From positions 40,369 through 104,368 of IMG/VR virus record IMGVR_UViG_3300033153_010326: a stretch of DNA of 64,000 nucleotides; one strand, written 5' to 3'. Of the stretch, positions 27,859-37,976 are shown piece after piece. The stretch comes from a virus. Numbering within the stretch: position 1 is the stretch's first letter; every line of letters starts with the position of its first letter. A program made the translations under genes and the position numbers. The notes beneath the pieces are model-generated. The model worked only from the letters and a program-made list of their open reading frames with translations, ran no database searches and was not told the DNA's origin.

Positions 27859-28719
27859 ATGGTAAAAATAGCGTTTTGCGACCCTCATATTTCAGAAGAT
27901 TCTCTTTTAGAACTAGAAGAAATATTTAAAGAAATTTGTAGAACTAAGGGAGACCTTTTAATAATGTTGGGAGATTATTACGAATCTTCTAAACCAACAG
28001 CTAAAGAATTAGAGTTTGGTACTAAGTGGGCTTATTTCTTTAAAAAATTATATAATAAAGTAATATTTATTAAAGGTAATCATGATAAAGATAGAGATGG
28101 AAGTGTTATTGACTATTTACAATATTTAGGAATAGAAGTTGTAAACCATTATGTTGATGATGAAGGAACTTTTTTTGGGCACTTTATGACTGATAAATCA
28201 GAATATGAATATGGTACTGCATTTAAAAAAACATTTGAATTAAAAAAACATAAATTTGTAATGCTTGGACATCAACATTCGTGGCAAAATGTTACTCCTA
28301 GAATTCTTCATCCTGGAAGTGTAAGATTTGTAAATTTTAATGAAAGTAAAGATATTTGTAAATATTATATGATAAAATTTTACCAATCTGAATGGACTAG
28401 AAAAAGACTAGGTTCTCCAATTCCTATGAAAGATTTTAAAAGTATAGAAGAACTTGCTAAACAAAAGAATAAAAACATTAAGGCTCGTTTAATAATATCA
28501 TCTTATAAACAATATAAAGAGGAAATAAATATTATAGAAGAATATAAAAATAAATTTAAAAGTTTTAAGTTAAAACTAGATATTCAAGATAGAGTAATAA
28601 AAACAGAGGATAATATTGTTATAGATAAAAAGAAAAAATTGGAAGATATTATCAGAGAAGGTATAAGAAAAATAGAAGATAAAGATGTAAGGAAATTGTT
28701 AAAGGAGGCATTAAAATGA
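27859..28719 (+). CDS. SbcD/Mre11-like nuclease
   Basis: DPH, GD, GNHD, GH, GHQH, PGS; sbcC-like gene nearby. Confidence 0.88.
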   Translation: MVKIAFCDPHISEDSLLELEEIFKEICRTKGDLLIMLGDYYESSKPTAKELEFGTKWAYFFKKLYNKVIFIKGNHDKDRDGSVIDYLQYLGIEVVNHYVDDEGTFFGHFMTDKSEYEYGTAFKKTFELKKHKFVMLGHQHSWQNVTPRILHPGSVRFVNFNESKDICKYYMIKFYQSEWTRKRLGSPIPMKDFKSIEELAKQKNKNIKARLIISSYKQYKEEINIIEEYKNKFKSFKLKLDIQDRVIKTEDNIVIDKKKKLEDIIREGIRKIEDKDVRKLLKEALK

Positions 28720-29291
28720 AAACTACTACTTGTATTGTAGGATATAATGATAAAAAGAATAAAATACTTTATATTGGAGGAGATTCAGCAGGAGTAGCAG
28801 GAACAGATATTAGAATTAGAAAAGACGAAAAAGTATTTAGAAATGGTAACGTGATATTTGGATTTACTTCTTCTTTTCGTATGGGTCAATTGTTAAGATA
28901 TAAATTAGAAATTCCTAAACAAAATAAAGAACAATCCGATTATGAATTTCTGGTAACTGATTTTGTAGATGCAGTAAGAAAATGTTTAAAAAATAATGGT
29001 TATATTAAAATAAAAGATAATGAAGAAATAGGAGGAACTTTTATTATAGGATATAAGAATAATTTATATTGTATAGAAGATGATTTTCAAGTTGAACAAT
29101 TATATGATAATTTTATGGCAACAGGTTGTGGAGAAGATTATGCGTTAGGTTGTTTATATGGGATTAAAGATGTAGATATATTTATTAAAAGTAAAATTAT
29201 AAAAGCATTAGAAAGTGCTTCTTATTTTAGTGGAGGAGTTTCTGCTCCTTTTAATATAATAGGAATATCTTATAAAGGGGAATCTAAATGA
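28716..29291 (+). CDS. HslV-like Ntn-hydrolase (phage protease subunit)
   Basis: TTCIVG, GGDSAG, KVF, ATGCGEDYALG, V.APF. Confidence 0.8.
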   Translation: MKTTTCIVGYNDKKNKILYIGGDSAGVAGTDIRIRKDEKVFRNGNVIFGFTSSFRMGQLLRYKLEIPKQNKEQSDYEFLVTDFVDAVRKCLKNNGYIKIKDNEEIGGTFIIGYKNNLYCIEDDFQVEQLYDNFMATGCGEDYALGCLYGIKDVDIFIKSKIIKALESASYFSGGVSAPFNIIGISYKGESK

Positions 29292-29629
29292 GATTTAATG
29301 AATATCAAAAACAAGCTCTTCAATTTTTCAAAAGGAATAAAAATGACAACAATCTTATACTTGCTAGATTAACTTTAGGATTAACAGGGGAAGCTGGAGA
29401 AGTAGCTGAAAAGGTTAAGAAGTATTTAAGAGATACTAAATTAGATAAGGAATCCAGAGATGAACTTAGAATTAAAGTAAATAAAGAATTAGGAGATGTA
29501 CTTTGGTATGTAGGAGTGTTAGCAAAGAAATTAGATTTAACATTAAGTAGTGTTGCTAGGGATAATATTACTAAACTTACTTCAAGACAACAACGAGGAA
29601 AATTAAAAGGAAAGGGAGATAATAGGTAA
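29288..29629 (+). CDS. MazG-like NTP pyrophosphohydrolase
   Basis: LGLTGEAGEVAEKVKK...ELGDVLWY...N..KL. Confidence 0.92.
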   Translation: MRFNEYQKQALQFFKRNKNDNNLILARLTLGLTGEAGEVAEKVKKYLRDTKLDKESRDELRIKVNKELGDVLWYVGVLAKKLDLTLSSVARDNITKLTSRQQRGKLKGKGDNR

Positions 29630-29633
29630 TTAT

Positions 29634-29822
29634 ATGATAGATTTTGTTAAAAACAGTTATATATTAATAAATTATACTAAAAAAGAAATTAGATTAGTTG
29701 ACCAAAGATGTTCTTCTATAATCGAACCTTATTATAGTTTATTAGTAAGCTTTGGATGGGAAGTTTTTGATAATATAAAAATAAAAAAATATAATGAGGA
29801 TAATAATCAATTATGTTCATAA
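29634..29822 (+). CDS. Hypothetical protein
   Basis: 62-aa ORF in operon. Confidence 0.45.
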   Translation: MIDFVKNSYILINYTKKEIRLVDQRCSSIIEPYYSLLVSFGWEVFDNIKIKKYNEDNNQLCS

Positions 29823-31246
29823 CTAAAATCAAAGTCAAAACTTTTAAAAATTTCCTCCATAAAGCCCTAAAATTAGGTAAAATGGTCTTATTTAAGGGCA
29901 AAATTAGGGCAGGTAAGTCCACACTTGCCCTTCACTCGCTCCTATTTGCCTTTTACGGATATTCTATAGCAGAGACCCTAAAAGACCTCCCAACACGAAG
30001 TTTGGCGAAATCTACTACTGTAGAAATAGATGTTGAACATAAAACTAAATTATTTACTATTATAAGAAGCTACCCTACTAAATTGAAGATATTAGAAGAT
30101 GGAAGAGAGATGCCTTTTAATACTGCTACAGAAGCTCAGAATTGGATAGATAATAATTTTGGTAGTAGAACAGATTTTCAAAAATTTAGAATTATTGATG
30201 CTCGTAGTTCTGATGCCAATTTTTTGGAAGAAGGACAATCTACCTTTAAAAAAATATTGTTTGCTGGATGTGAAAAAATATTTGTAGAATTAAGAGAAAA
30301 ATTATTTAAAATTAAAACACATAGAGAAATGTATTGCAAAGATAAAGCAATAATATATAAACATTATCCATCTGAAAAAAGATTGAAAATTATTCAAGAT
30401 AAATTAGGAGAATTAAAACAGAAAGAAAATAAATTAAAAAATAAAGTTAATAATTTAGAAATGGAAGTTCGTAGGTCAGAAAGAGAAATGGGAAGTTTAG
30501 AATATAATATAAAATCTTTAGAAGAAAAACGAACCAAATTAAATAAAGAAAAGATTTGTTATACTTGTAAGCAAGCTATAGCTATTAAAAAAAGAGATGA
30601 ATTATTAAAAGATATTAAGATAAAAACTTTAGAAGCAAAATTAAAAATTCAAAATCATATTAAAACAATAGAAATAGATAAAGATTTATTAAATTTTGAG
30701 AAGAAAAGATTGGATAAATTTAGACCTCACGTTTCTAAACTTGCTGAATTAGAGATGAAATTAAAAGCTAGAATTAAACAGAAAAAATATAAATATACAG
30801 AAAGAGATATTCTTATTGTTAAGACTGCTATTCAAGAAGTAGATAAATTATCTACTTTTTACCTTACTGAAAGTATAAAAACTTTAACACCTATAATTAA
30901 TGATGTATTAAGTAAAATTAATTTTAAAGTTAAGTTTATAATTGATAGTAAAGATAGGTTTAAAATTAGATTATATAAAGATGAAGTAGAATATAAATAT
31001 CATGATTTAAGTGGTGGTGAAAAATTAATATTGCAGATTGGTTTTAAACTTGCTCTACTTATGGAAAAAGGAGAATCAGGTATTATGATTGCAGATGAAG
31101 GATTCAGCTCATTGGATAAAGAAACTCTTTATCATATCATTTCTTTATTTCAAAATTTACCTTTTCAGCTTTTTTTCATTATCCATCGTTTTGAAAATAT
31201 ACCAGATAACGTAACAGTAATAGATTTATCTAATAAGGAGGAATAA
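29813..31246 (+). CDS. SbcC/Rad50-like ATPase
   Basis: GKIRAGKST, coiled coil, CYTC zinc hook, LSGGE, ADEGFSSLD. Confidence 0.92.
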   Translation: MFITKIKVKTFKNFLHKALKLGKMVLFKGKIRAGKSTLALHSLLFAFYGYSIAETLKDLPTRSLAKSTTVEIDVEHKTKLFTIIRSYPTKLKILEDGREMPFNTATEAQNWIDNNFGSRTDFQKFRIIDARSSDANFLEEGQSTFKKILFAGCEKIFVELREKLFKIKTHREMYCKDKAIIYKHYPSEKRLKIIQDKLGELKQKENKLKNKVNNLEMEVRRSEREMGSLEYNIKSLEEKRTKLNKEKICYTCKQAIAIKKRDELLKDIKIKTLEAKLKIQNHIKTIEIDKDLLNFEKKRLDKFRPHVSKLAELEMKLKARIKQKKYKYTERDILIVKTAIQEVDKLSTFYLTESIKTLTPIINDVLSKINFKVKFIIDSKDRFKIRLYKDEVEYKYHDLSGGEKLILQIGFKLALLMEKGESGIMIADEGFSSLDKETLYHIISLFQNLPFQLFFIIHRFENIPDNVTVIDLSNKEE

Positions 31247-31399
31247 TATGTGGATTAAATTTGACGGAAAGAGTGCAATTATTACAATACCTGAATCGGG
31301 ATTAAAAGTTAAAACAGAGTTTATAATTGATAAATGGTATCATCTTGTAGAACATGACAATAAATTGTATCTGAATGGAGATGAAAAAGATAAAAAATA

Positions 31400-31957
31400 A
31401 TGAAAACCAAATTACAACCTAAACAAGCAGATATAATATTAGCTCATAACTATGGGATTTTTGGTTGGTATGTAAGATTAGTAACTAAAAGTTATTGGAA
31501 TCATTGTCTTTTATATTTAGGTAATGGAGAAGTATTAGATATATTAGGAAAGGGAATTACCAAATTAAATTATAATAAATATTATAAAGACAAGATAGAC
31601 CATAAATTTTTAAGAGTTAAAGGATTAACTGATTACGAAAAGAGGCAAATTTGTAAACATGCTTTAAAATTTAAAGGACAAGCTTATAATATAAGTTTAG
31701 TTTTAGGATTTAAAAATAATATTAAAGCTTTTACTTGTAGCCAGTTTATAGTTAAAATATTTGCAGATAAAGGAATTCTTTTATGTAAGGAAGCTTTAAC
31801 GGTATCTCCAGCAGAATTAGATAATAGTATGTTTACTTATGATTTAGATAATCCTCCTAATAGACAAAAGAGGTTAAATAAATTAGGAGAGATTATTAAT
31901 TATGAAGTAAAAAAGTATGGATTTAAGAAAGAAGAAATTGTAAATTTAATTAAATAA
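31400..31957 (+). CDS. Permuted papain-like (YiiX/YebB) NlpC/P60 protein
   Basis: ADIIL, WNHC, FTCSQF, VSP. Confidence 0.85.
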   Translation: MKTKLQPKQADIILAHNYGIFGWYVRLVTKSYWNHCLLYLGNGEVLDILGKGITKLNYNKYYKDKIDHKFLRVKGLTDYEKRQICKHALKFKGQAYNISLVLGFKNNIKAFTCSQFIVKIFADKGILLCKEALTVSPAELDNSMFTYDLDNPPNRQKRLNKLGEIINYEVKKYGFKKEEIVNLIK

Positions 31958-31969
31958 AAGGAGGTTTAC

Positions 31970-32293
31970 ATGTTTGGAAAAATAATTATTGCATTGTATA
32001 CTTGGTATTCAAAGAGAGTTCAAGCTAAATATCAGAAGGTTCAACAAGATACTAAAAAAGATAAAGAAGTAGAGTTTTATCAGAGTCTTCAAAAACTGTA
32101 TAAGTTTGCTCAATGGTTAAATAAACAATTTGTTAATAGACAAGAAAGAAAGAGGTTTTGGAGTGGAGTTGCAAAAGGAGAAAAGCCTTTGGAAACCACA
32201 ATACAACAATTAATAGATAATTATAAAAATAAACAAGAAATAGAAAAAAAGAAGAAAGAAGTGAAAATTAATGTCCAAGAAAAAACCATTTGA
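31970..32293 (+). CDS. Hypothetical protein
   Basis: 107 aa, AGGAGGT RBS. Confidence 0.65.
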   Translation: MFGKIIIALYTWYSKRVQAKYQKVQQDTKKDKEVEFYQSLQKLYKFAQWLNKQFVNRQERKRFWSGVAKGEKPLETTIQQLIDNYKNKQEIEKKKKEVKINVQEKTI

Positions 32294-32435
32294 TAAACAA
32301 GTATTTATGTGTTTATATTGTAATCATACTTGGGAATTGAGATGTGATAATAGGTTAGTTACAGAAGAAGAATTTAAAAATTGGATAGAAGAAGTAAAGG
32401 AACAACATAAACAAAATTGCAATAAATGAGGAATT

Positions 32436-32816
32436 ATGTTAATTTATCATCCATCTAATAAAAATTTTAACATAGTTAAAGTTAAATATTTTGGAGAAAA
32501 TTTTTATACTCAAAATGATAAAAAAGTTTCTCCCATAAATAGAACTTTTTGGTATACTATACTTCCTATTTTGGAAGGTAGGTTTAAAAATGTAAAATAT
32601 ATTTATATAGCTAAAGTTAATAAAAAAGAGATATATGATATTTCTAAAGATGATTTTAATTTTAAATTTAAATTTTCTAATATTCATAATTTGTTATTAC
32701 ATTTAAAAACAGAATACTTAGGAATAAAATATCAAATTGAAACTTATGAATTAGTAGTATTATTTAAAGATATTAAACCTACAGGTAGAATAAAAAACAG
32801 AAAAAATATAATATGA
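32436..32816 (+). CDS. Hypothetical protein, possibly ADP-ribosyltransferase fold
   Basis: LIYH.S N-terminal strand, aromatic second strand, terminal ELVVLF. Confidence 0.4.
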   Translation: MLIYHPSNKNFNIVKVKYFGENFYTQNDKKVSPINRTFWYTILPILEGRFKNVKYIYIAKVNKKEIYDISKDDFNFKFKFSNIHNLLLHLKTEYLGIKYQIETYELVVLFKDIKPTGRIKNRKNII

Positions 32817-33559
32817 AATTAAGAAAAATAAATAAAAGAACTTTTAGTTGGCAAGGAATTACTTATAGAATTTTTGTAATTTGTATAAATGCTTTATTTT
32901 TTAAAATAGGAGCTAAACAAGCTATGCAAAATTATGGAGCATTAGGAGCTTCTTTAATTTGGAATAGTATCAATATGGCGTTATATTTTTTCTATCATGG
33001 GATATTTTTAAATTTATTTTCTTTAGAAGTTAAAACTAAAGGAGCTGTTATTTGGTTTACTGGATTACCTTGCTCTGGTAAAACTACTATTGCAGATGCA
33101 GTAGCAATAGAATTAAAACAATTGGGAAAAAATATAGAAAGATTAGATGGTGATATCGTTCGTAAAGGAAAATTAAGTGATGATTTGGGATTTTCAAAAG
33201 AAGATAGAGATAAAAATATAAACAGAATTAATTTTATCAGCAAATTATTATCAAGAAATGAAATAATTGTTTTGGCTTCTTTTGTATCTCCTTATAGAAA
33301 AACTAGAGATATAATAAGAAAAAATGTTACTAATTTTATAGAAGTATATGTTAATTGTTCTTCTAAAGAATGTATAAGAAGAGATATTAAAGGAATGTGG
33401 AAATTAGCTAAAGAAGGAAAAATAAAAGGATTTACAGGATATGATGCTCCTTATCAATATCCTTGTACTCCTGAAATAAAAATAAAAACAGAATTAGAAA
33501 CTATAGAAGAATCTACTAAAAAAGTAATAGAATATCTTAAATATAAGAATTTAATATAA
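32813..33559 (+). CDS. cysC: Adenylyl-sulfate (APS) kinase with N-terminal DUF2061-like membrane domain
   Basis: WFTGLPCSGKTT, LDGD.VR, LGFSKEDRDKN, SFVSPY, RDIKG, FTG...PY. Confidence 0.95.
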   Translation: MKLRKINKRTFSWQGITYRIFVICINALFFKIGAKQAMQNYGALGASLIWNSINMALYFFYHGIFLNLFSLEVKTKGAVIWFTGLPCSGKTTIADAVAIELKQLGKNIERLDGDIVRKGKLSDDLGFSKEDRDKNINRINFISKLLSRNEIIVLASFVSPYRKTRDIIRKNVTNFIEVYVNCSSKECIRRDIKGMWKLAKEGKIKGFTGYDAPYQYPCTPEIKIKTELETIEESTKKVIEYLKYKNLI

Positions 33560-34119
33560 TGCTTATTAGTCATAAATTAAAATTAATATTTATTCATATA
33601 CAAAAAACAGGAGGAGCTAGTTTTAAACAAGCTATTAGAGATATAGACCCTAAAGCTCAAGAAATAATAGATTTTCATGCAAAAATAACAAGAGAATTGA
33701 TTAATAAATATCCCGATTATTATAAAGTTACTATTGTAAGAAATTCTTATAAAATAGTGGTATCGAGGTGGAAATTTGGAGGAATTAAATATGGACATTT
33801 AACAGAAACTCAAGTTAGAGAATTTTGGAGATTTAAAGAATGGTTATTAAATAGTTTAGGAGAAGTATTTAATCAAGTATCATATATTAAAGATGAAAAA
33901 GGAATGTTAGTTGACCAAATTATATATTATGATAAATTAGAAGAAGGAATAAAAAAATTAAACAAAAAATTAAATATAAATATATCTATGAAAAATAAAA
34001 AAGTTCATTATTATGGTTTATATAATTATAAAGAATTTTATAATAAAGAAATAAAACAAATTGTTGAAAAGAAATGTAAAGAAGATATTAAATATTTTAA
34101 TTGGAAATTCGAGGATTAA
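33559..34119 (+). CDS. Sulfotransferase (family 2)
   Basis: FIHIQKTGGAS 5'-PSB loop; VRN.Y..VVS 3'-PB motif. Confidence 0.88.
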   Translation: MLISHKLKLIFIHIQKTGGASFKQAIRDIDPKAQEIIDFHAKITRELINKYPDYYKVTIVRNSYKIVVSRWKFGGIKYGHLTETQVREFWRFKEWLLNSLGEVFNQVSYIKDEKGMLVDQIIYYDKLEEGIKKLNKKLNINISMKNKKVHYYGLYNYKEFYNKEIKQIVEKKCKEDIKYFNWKFED

Positions 34120-34120
34120 A

Positions 34121-34759
34121 ATGAGACAAGAAGAAATATATATTATTGGTGGAGGAGCTTCTTTAAAAGGATTTGATTTTGATTTATTAAAAGATAAAGA
34201 TACTATTGTTGTTAATAAAACTATATTTCATGTTAAAAATCCTACTTATTTTATAACTATGGATTATATGTTTTTAAAAAATTATAGAGAAAAAATTAAA
34301 AGAAATAAAACTGCTAAGTTTTTTGTTGGAGCTATGAATAATGCTTATTTAAAATATAAAAATGGAAAATTAACAGATACTAAACATAAAATTTCTTATG
34401 ATTTAGATATGATAGATGTTCTTATTTTTTCTAAATATGATAAAGGTATTGGATTTGATTTTACTAATTTTAGGCATGGATGTAATAGCGGTTACTGTGC
34501 TCTTCAGTTAGCAATTATATTAGGATATAAAAAAATAAATTTACTAGGTATAGATTTAAATTTTACAGAAAATACCCATTTTCATGGAGGATATGGATAT
34601 TCAAAAAATCATTTTAAGAAAAGATTAGCTTTTTATACTTTATATTTTAGATATGCTTTTTATGTATTACAAAATCACCCTGAAATTCAAATTTATAATT
34701 GTTCTGATATTAGTTTATTAAAAAATTATTTACCATTTAAAAATTTAGGAGAAATCTAA
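34121..34759 (+). CDS. DUF115/MptE-like Rossmann transferase (putative glycosyltransferase)
   Basis: IIGGGASL, VN, NSGYCALQLA..LG...I.LLGID, HF. Confidence 0.75.
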   Translation: MRQEEIYIIGGGASLKGFDFDLLKDKDTIVVNKTIFHVKNPTYFITMDYMFLKNYREKIKRNKTAKFFVGAMNNAYLKYKNGKLTDTKHKISYDLDMIDVLIFSKYDKGIGFDFTNFRHGCNSGYCALQLAIILGYKKINLLGIDLNFTENTHFHGGYGYSKNHFKKRLAFYTLYFRYAFYVLQNHPEIQIYNCSDISLLKNYLPFKNLGEI

Positions 34760-35481
34760 TGAAATATTATTGTAAAGAATCTGGATGTAATAATAAGATT
34801 CATTATAATACTTTTAAATATGGACAGAAAAGATGTAGAAAATGTGCGAATAAACAACATAGTAAGAGAATGAAAGACAAAAACAATCCTTTTTATGGTA
34901 AAAAACATACAATTAAAACTAAAAAAAGAATTAGTATAGTAAATAATGGTAAAAATAATGGTAATTATATAGATGGAAGATGCTCTAAAATTTATTATTG
35001 CAAAGAAAAAAATTGCAATAAAGAAATAACTATTATGTCTGCTATTTATGGTAAAGGAAGATGTAAATCATGTGCTAAAAAAGGAAAATTAAATCCTATT
35101 CAAAGCGGTAAAAATAATCCTAATTTTGGGAATGGAGATAAAATGAAAGGAAAAAATAATCCTATGTTTGGTAAAATTGCTCACCATAGTAAAAAAATCA
35201 AATATAAAAAAATTCTTATGAGGTCTTCCTGGGAAATGGCTTATGCTAAATATTTAGACAAATTAGGAATTAAATGGTTATATGAATCAAAAACTTTCGA
35301 TTTAGGAGATTGTACTTATACTCCAGATTTTTATTTACCCGAACAAAATAAATATATAGAAATTAAAGGTTGGTGGAGAAACAATGATAAAAGAAAATTC
35401 AAATTATTTATAAAAAAATATCCAAATAAAAATATAATAGTATTAATGAAATTTGATTTACAAGCAAAGGAGATATTATGA
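34759..35481 (+). CDS. Homing endonuclease: Zn modules, NUMOD3, PD-(D/E)xK
   Basis: NPFYGKKHT; RSSWE...YE...YTPDF...YIEIKG. Confidence 0.85.
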   Translation: MKYYCKESGCNNKIHYNTFKYGQKRCRKCANKQHSKRMKDKNNPFYGKKHTIKTKKRISIVNNGKNNGNYIDGRCSKIYYCKEKNCNKEITIMSAIYGKGRCKSCAKKGKLNPIQSGKNNPNFGNGDKMKGKNNPMFGKIAHHSKKIKYKKILMRSSWEMAYAKYLDKLGIKWLYESKTFDLGDCTYTPDFYLPEQNKYIEIKGWWRNNDKRKFKLFIKKYPNKNIIVLMKFDLQAKEIL

Positions 35482-36194
35482 TTTTTGATATAGTTATTCC
35501 CTCATTCAAACGCAAAGAAAAACTTATTAGATGTTTAAACTCCATTTTTAAAGCTAAAAAAAATCTAAAAAAAGACCAAATTCAAATATATATTTATTTT
35601 GATAATAATGATAAAATAACTTACAATTATTTTACAAATAAATATAACAATATTAAATGTAATCTCATGAACAAACAATACAGAGCCTTTGGAATTTGGA
35701 ATAAACATTTACAAATATTGGATTCATGTGGAATGGTATACCTTTGTGATGATACTCAATTATATCCAGAAACTTTATATATTTTATTTGAATTATTTAA
35801 TCAAATTTATAAAAACACAGATGGAATATTAACTTTTAATCAATATAATCTAGAATCAGCTTCTAAATATGCTATGGGATTAATTGGAAAAAAGTTTATT
35901 AATAGATTTCCTAATAATCAATGTTTTTGTCCTGATTATGTCTCGTTTTATGCTGATGCAGAATTAGGAAGATTTGCGGAATCTTTAAATAAATTTTATT
36001 TTGGTAATGGAATAAAAATACATCATTTTCATCCAGCATTTTATCCAAATGAAAAAGATTCAACTCATTTATTAGTAAGAGATGAACAACAAAAAATAGA
36101 TAAAGAAGTTAATAAAAAGAGAAGAGAACGAGGATTGCTTTGGGGTAAAGATTTTAAATTAATTAGACCTACAATAGAAGGAAATATAAAATGA
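35478..36194 (+). CDS. Glycosyltransferase family 2-like
   Basis: DIVIPSFKR, LCDD, YADAE, H.H. Confidence 0.82.
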   Translation: MIFDIVIPSFKRKEKLIRCLNSIFKAKKNLKKDQIQIYIYFDNNDKITYNYFTNKYNNIKCNLMNKQYRAFGIWNKHLQILDSCGMVYLCDDTQLYPETLYILFELFNQIYKNTDGILTFNQYNLESASKYAMGLIGKKFINRFPNNQCFCPDYVSFYADAELGRFAESLNKFYFGNGIKIHHFHPAFYPNEKDSTHLLVRDEQQKIDKEVNKKRRERGLLWGKDFKLIRPTIEGNIK

Positions 36195-37393
36195 AAGTAA
36201 TATTTTTAGATTGGCATAGATGGACATTTCCTCCAGATAAGAATAGTTTGAAAAAACTTCTTATTAAATGCGGAGTAGAATGTAAAGATATGAAACCCGC
36301 TCCTGTAAATTCTGGTAATTCTAATTTACTTATTAAATCAAATCATAAACCTCAAAATAATTATAGGGGATTTGATGTAAAATCTATGATAAAAGCAGGA
36401 GTATTACGAGAAACAAAATGGTATGTTAATAATTCTAAAGTAACAAAAAAATATATGGTAGAAGTAATGGAGTATATAGATTGGGCTTTTAAAATATTTG
36501 AAGAAGAAAAGCCTAATTACATAGTAATTGAAGGAGGATTGACTCATTTTCATAGAGCAATATTAGAAGTTGCTAGAGAATTAAATATAGGTATTATTGC
36601 AATTGAAAATTCTTTTATTAAAGATAAAATATTTATAGAATTTAATACTGGTTATGTATGTAATAGACATTCTTTTGCAAGATGTTCTAAAGATTGGATA
36701 AATACTAGAGTGTTAAATTCTTTTAAAATAAAAAAAGTAGATAATATTATACAAAGTATTTTTTCTAAAAATAATTTAAAATATCCAACAACAGGCAATT
36801 TTGATTATTCTCAATTAAAATACGATAAAACTATTTTTGTACCATTACAAGTAGCTTTTGACCAAGTAGTAGTATACGATTCTAAATTTAATAATAAAAC
36901 TTTTATAGAAGAAGTTATGAAAATTTTTACTAAGTATTTTAAGAATTGGAATATTATTTTTAAATGCCATCCTAAAGAAGAAAAAAGTGGTATATTAAGA
37001 CAGACAGGGAATTGGATACAAGATAATATTTCAAATAATAATATGTATCTTATAAGAGGAGCAGAAGAATCTCCTAATACTCAAAATTTAATACAACATG
37101 CCGATTTGGTTTGGGTGAATAATTCGCAAGCAGGATTAGAAGCTTGTTTATTAGATAAGCCCGTAGTAGTTTTTGGTGATGCTTTTTATTCTAAAAAAGG
37201 CTTTACTTTAGAATATAATAAATATATTAATTGGAAAGAGATAAAATTAAACCCTGAATCTATTAAAAATATTGACCAAGTTAAACTTTGGTTTTATTAT
37301 TTTTATAAGTGGCTTTATAATAAATCATTTACTAAACAAGATGAAGAAAAAATTAAAAATATATTAAATATACAGGAGAAAGAAAATGGATAA
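36191..37393 (+). CDS. Capsule polysaccharide biosynthesis protein (KpsS/KpsC-like GT-B)
   Basis: PLQV..D, FKCHP.E, NSQAGLEA.L..KPV...G.AFY. Confidence 0.85.
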   Translation: MKVIFLDWHRWTFPPDKNSLKKLLIKCGVECKDMKPAPVNSGNSNLLIKSNHKPQNNYRGFDVKSMIKAGVLRETKWYVNNSKVTKKYMVEVMEYIDWAFKIFEEEKPNYIVIEGGLTHFHRAILEVARELNIGIIAIENSFIKDKIFIEFNTGYVCNRHSFARCSKDWINTRVLNSFKIKKVDNIIQSIFSKNNLKYPTTGNFDYSQLKYDKTIFVPLQVAFDQVVVYDSKFNNKTFIEEVMKIFTKYFKNWNIIFKCHPKEEKSGILRQTGNWIQDNISNNNMYLIRGAEESPNTQNLIQHADLVWVNNSQAGLEACLLDKPVVVFGDAFYSKKGFTLEYNKYINWKEIKLNPESIKNIDQVKLWFYYFYKWLYNKSFTKQDEEKIKNILNIQEKENG

Positions 37394-37976
37394 AATAGTT
37401 TTTATTATAGGAATGAGAAGAGCAGGAACAAGTATATTGAGGTCTCTTTTAATGCAACATTCTAAAATTGAATTTATAGAATTTGAACCTCATGATTTAT
37501 TATTTGCTGTTGGAACTAGACATATAAAAAGGTATAATAGTTCAAAGTATCATATAGATACTATTAATCGTTTTTTTAAAAATAACAAAAAATATTATGG
37601 AGCCAAAATAGTTTGTAATCCTTATTTATCAGCATTAGGATGGAGATTTTTAAAACGATATTTTCCACAAGCTAAATTTATTTTTATAAAAAGAGATTGG
37701 ATAGATAATTATAATTCTTGGTATAAACAAGACATAAATTCGGTTAGAGGAGTTATTCCAAAAGAAATGTATAAATATTTTTATGATAAAATTAATACTA
37801 GTTTTGAAAATTTTTATGAAAAAAATATGCTTAATGCTTGTATGATTATTTATGAAAATCTTGTTAATAATGCTGATAAAGAATTAATAAAAGTATGGGA
37901 AGTTTTAAATATTAGAATTAAAACGGGCTTTAATAAAGAAATGAAAAAACCTTCTAATTGGAGAATAAAAACATGA
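37386..37976 (+). CDS. Sulfotransferase (P-loop family)
   Basis: FIIGMRRAGTS, FPQAKFIFIKRD...S, YENL. Confidence 0.88.
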   Translation: MDKIVFIIGMRRAGTSILRSLLMQHSKIEFIEFEPHDLLFAVGTRHIKRYNSSKYHIDTINRFFKNNKKYYGAKIVCNPYLSALGWRFLKRYFPQAKFIFIKRDWIDNYNSWYKQDINSVRGVIPKEMYKYFYDKINTSFENFYEKNMLNACMIIYENLVNNADKELIKVWEVLNIRIKTGFNKEMKKPSNWRIKT

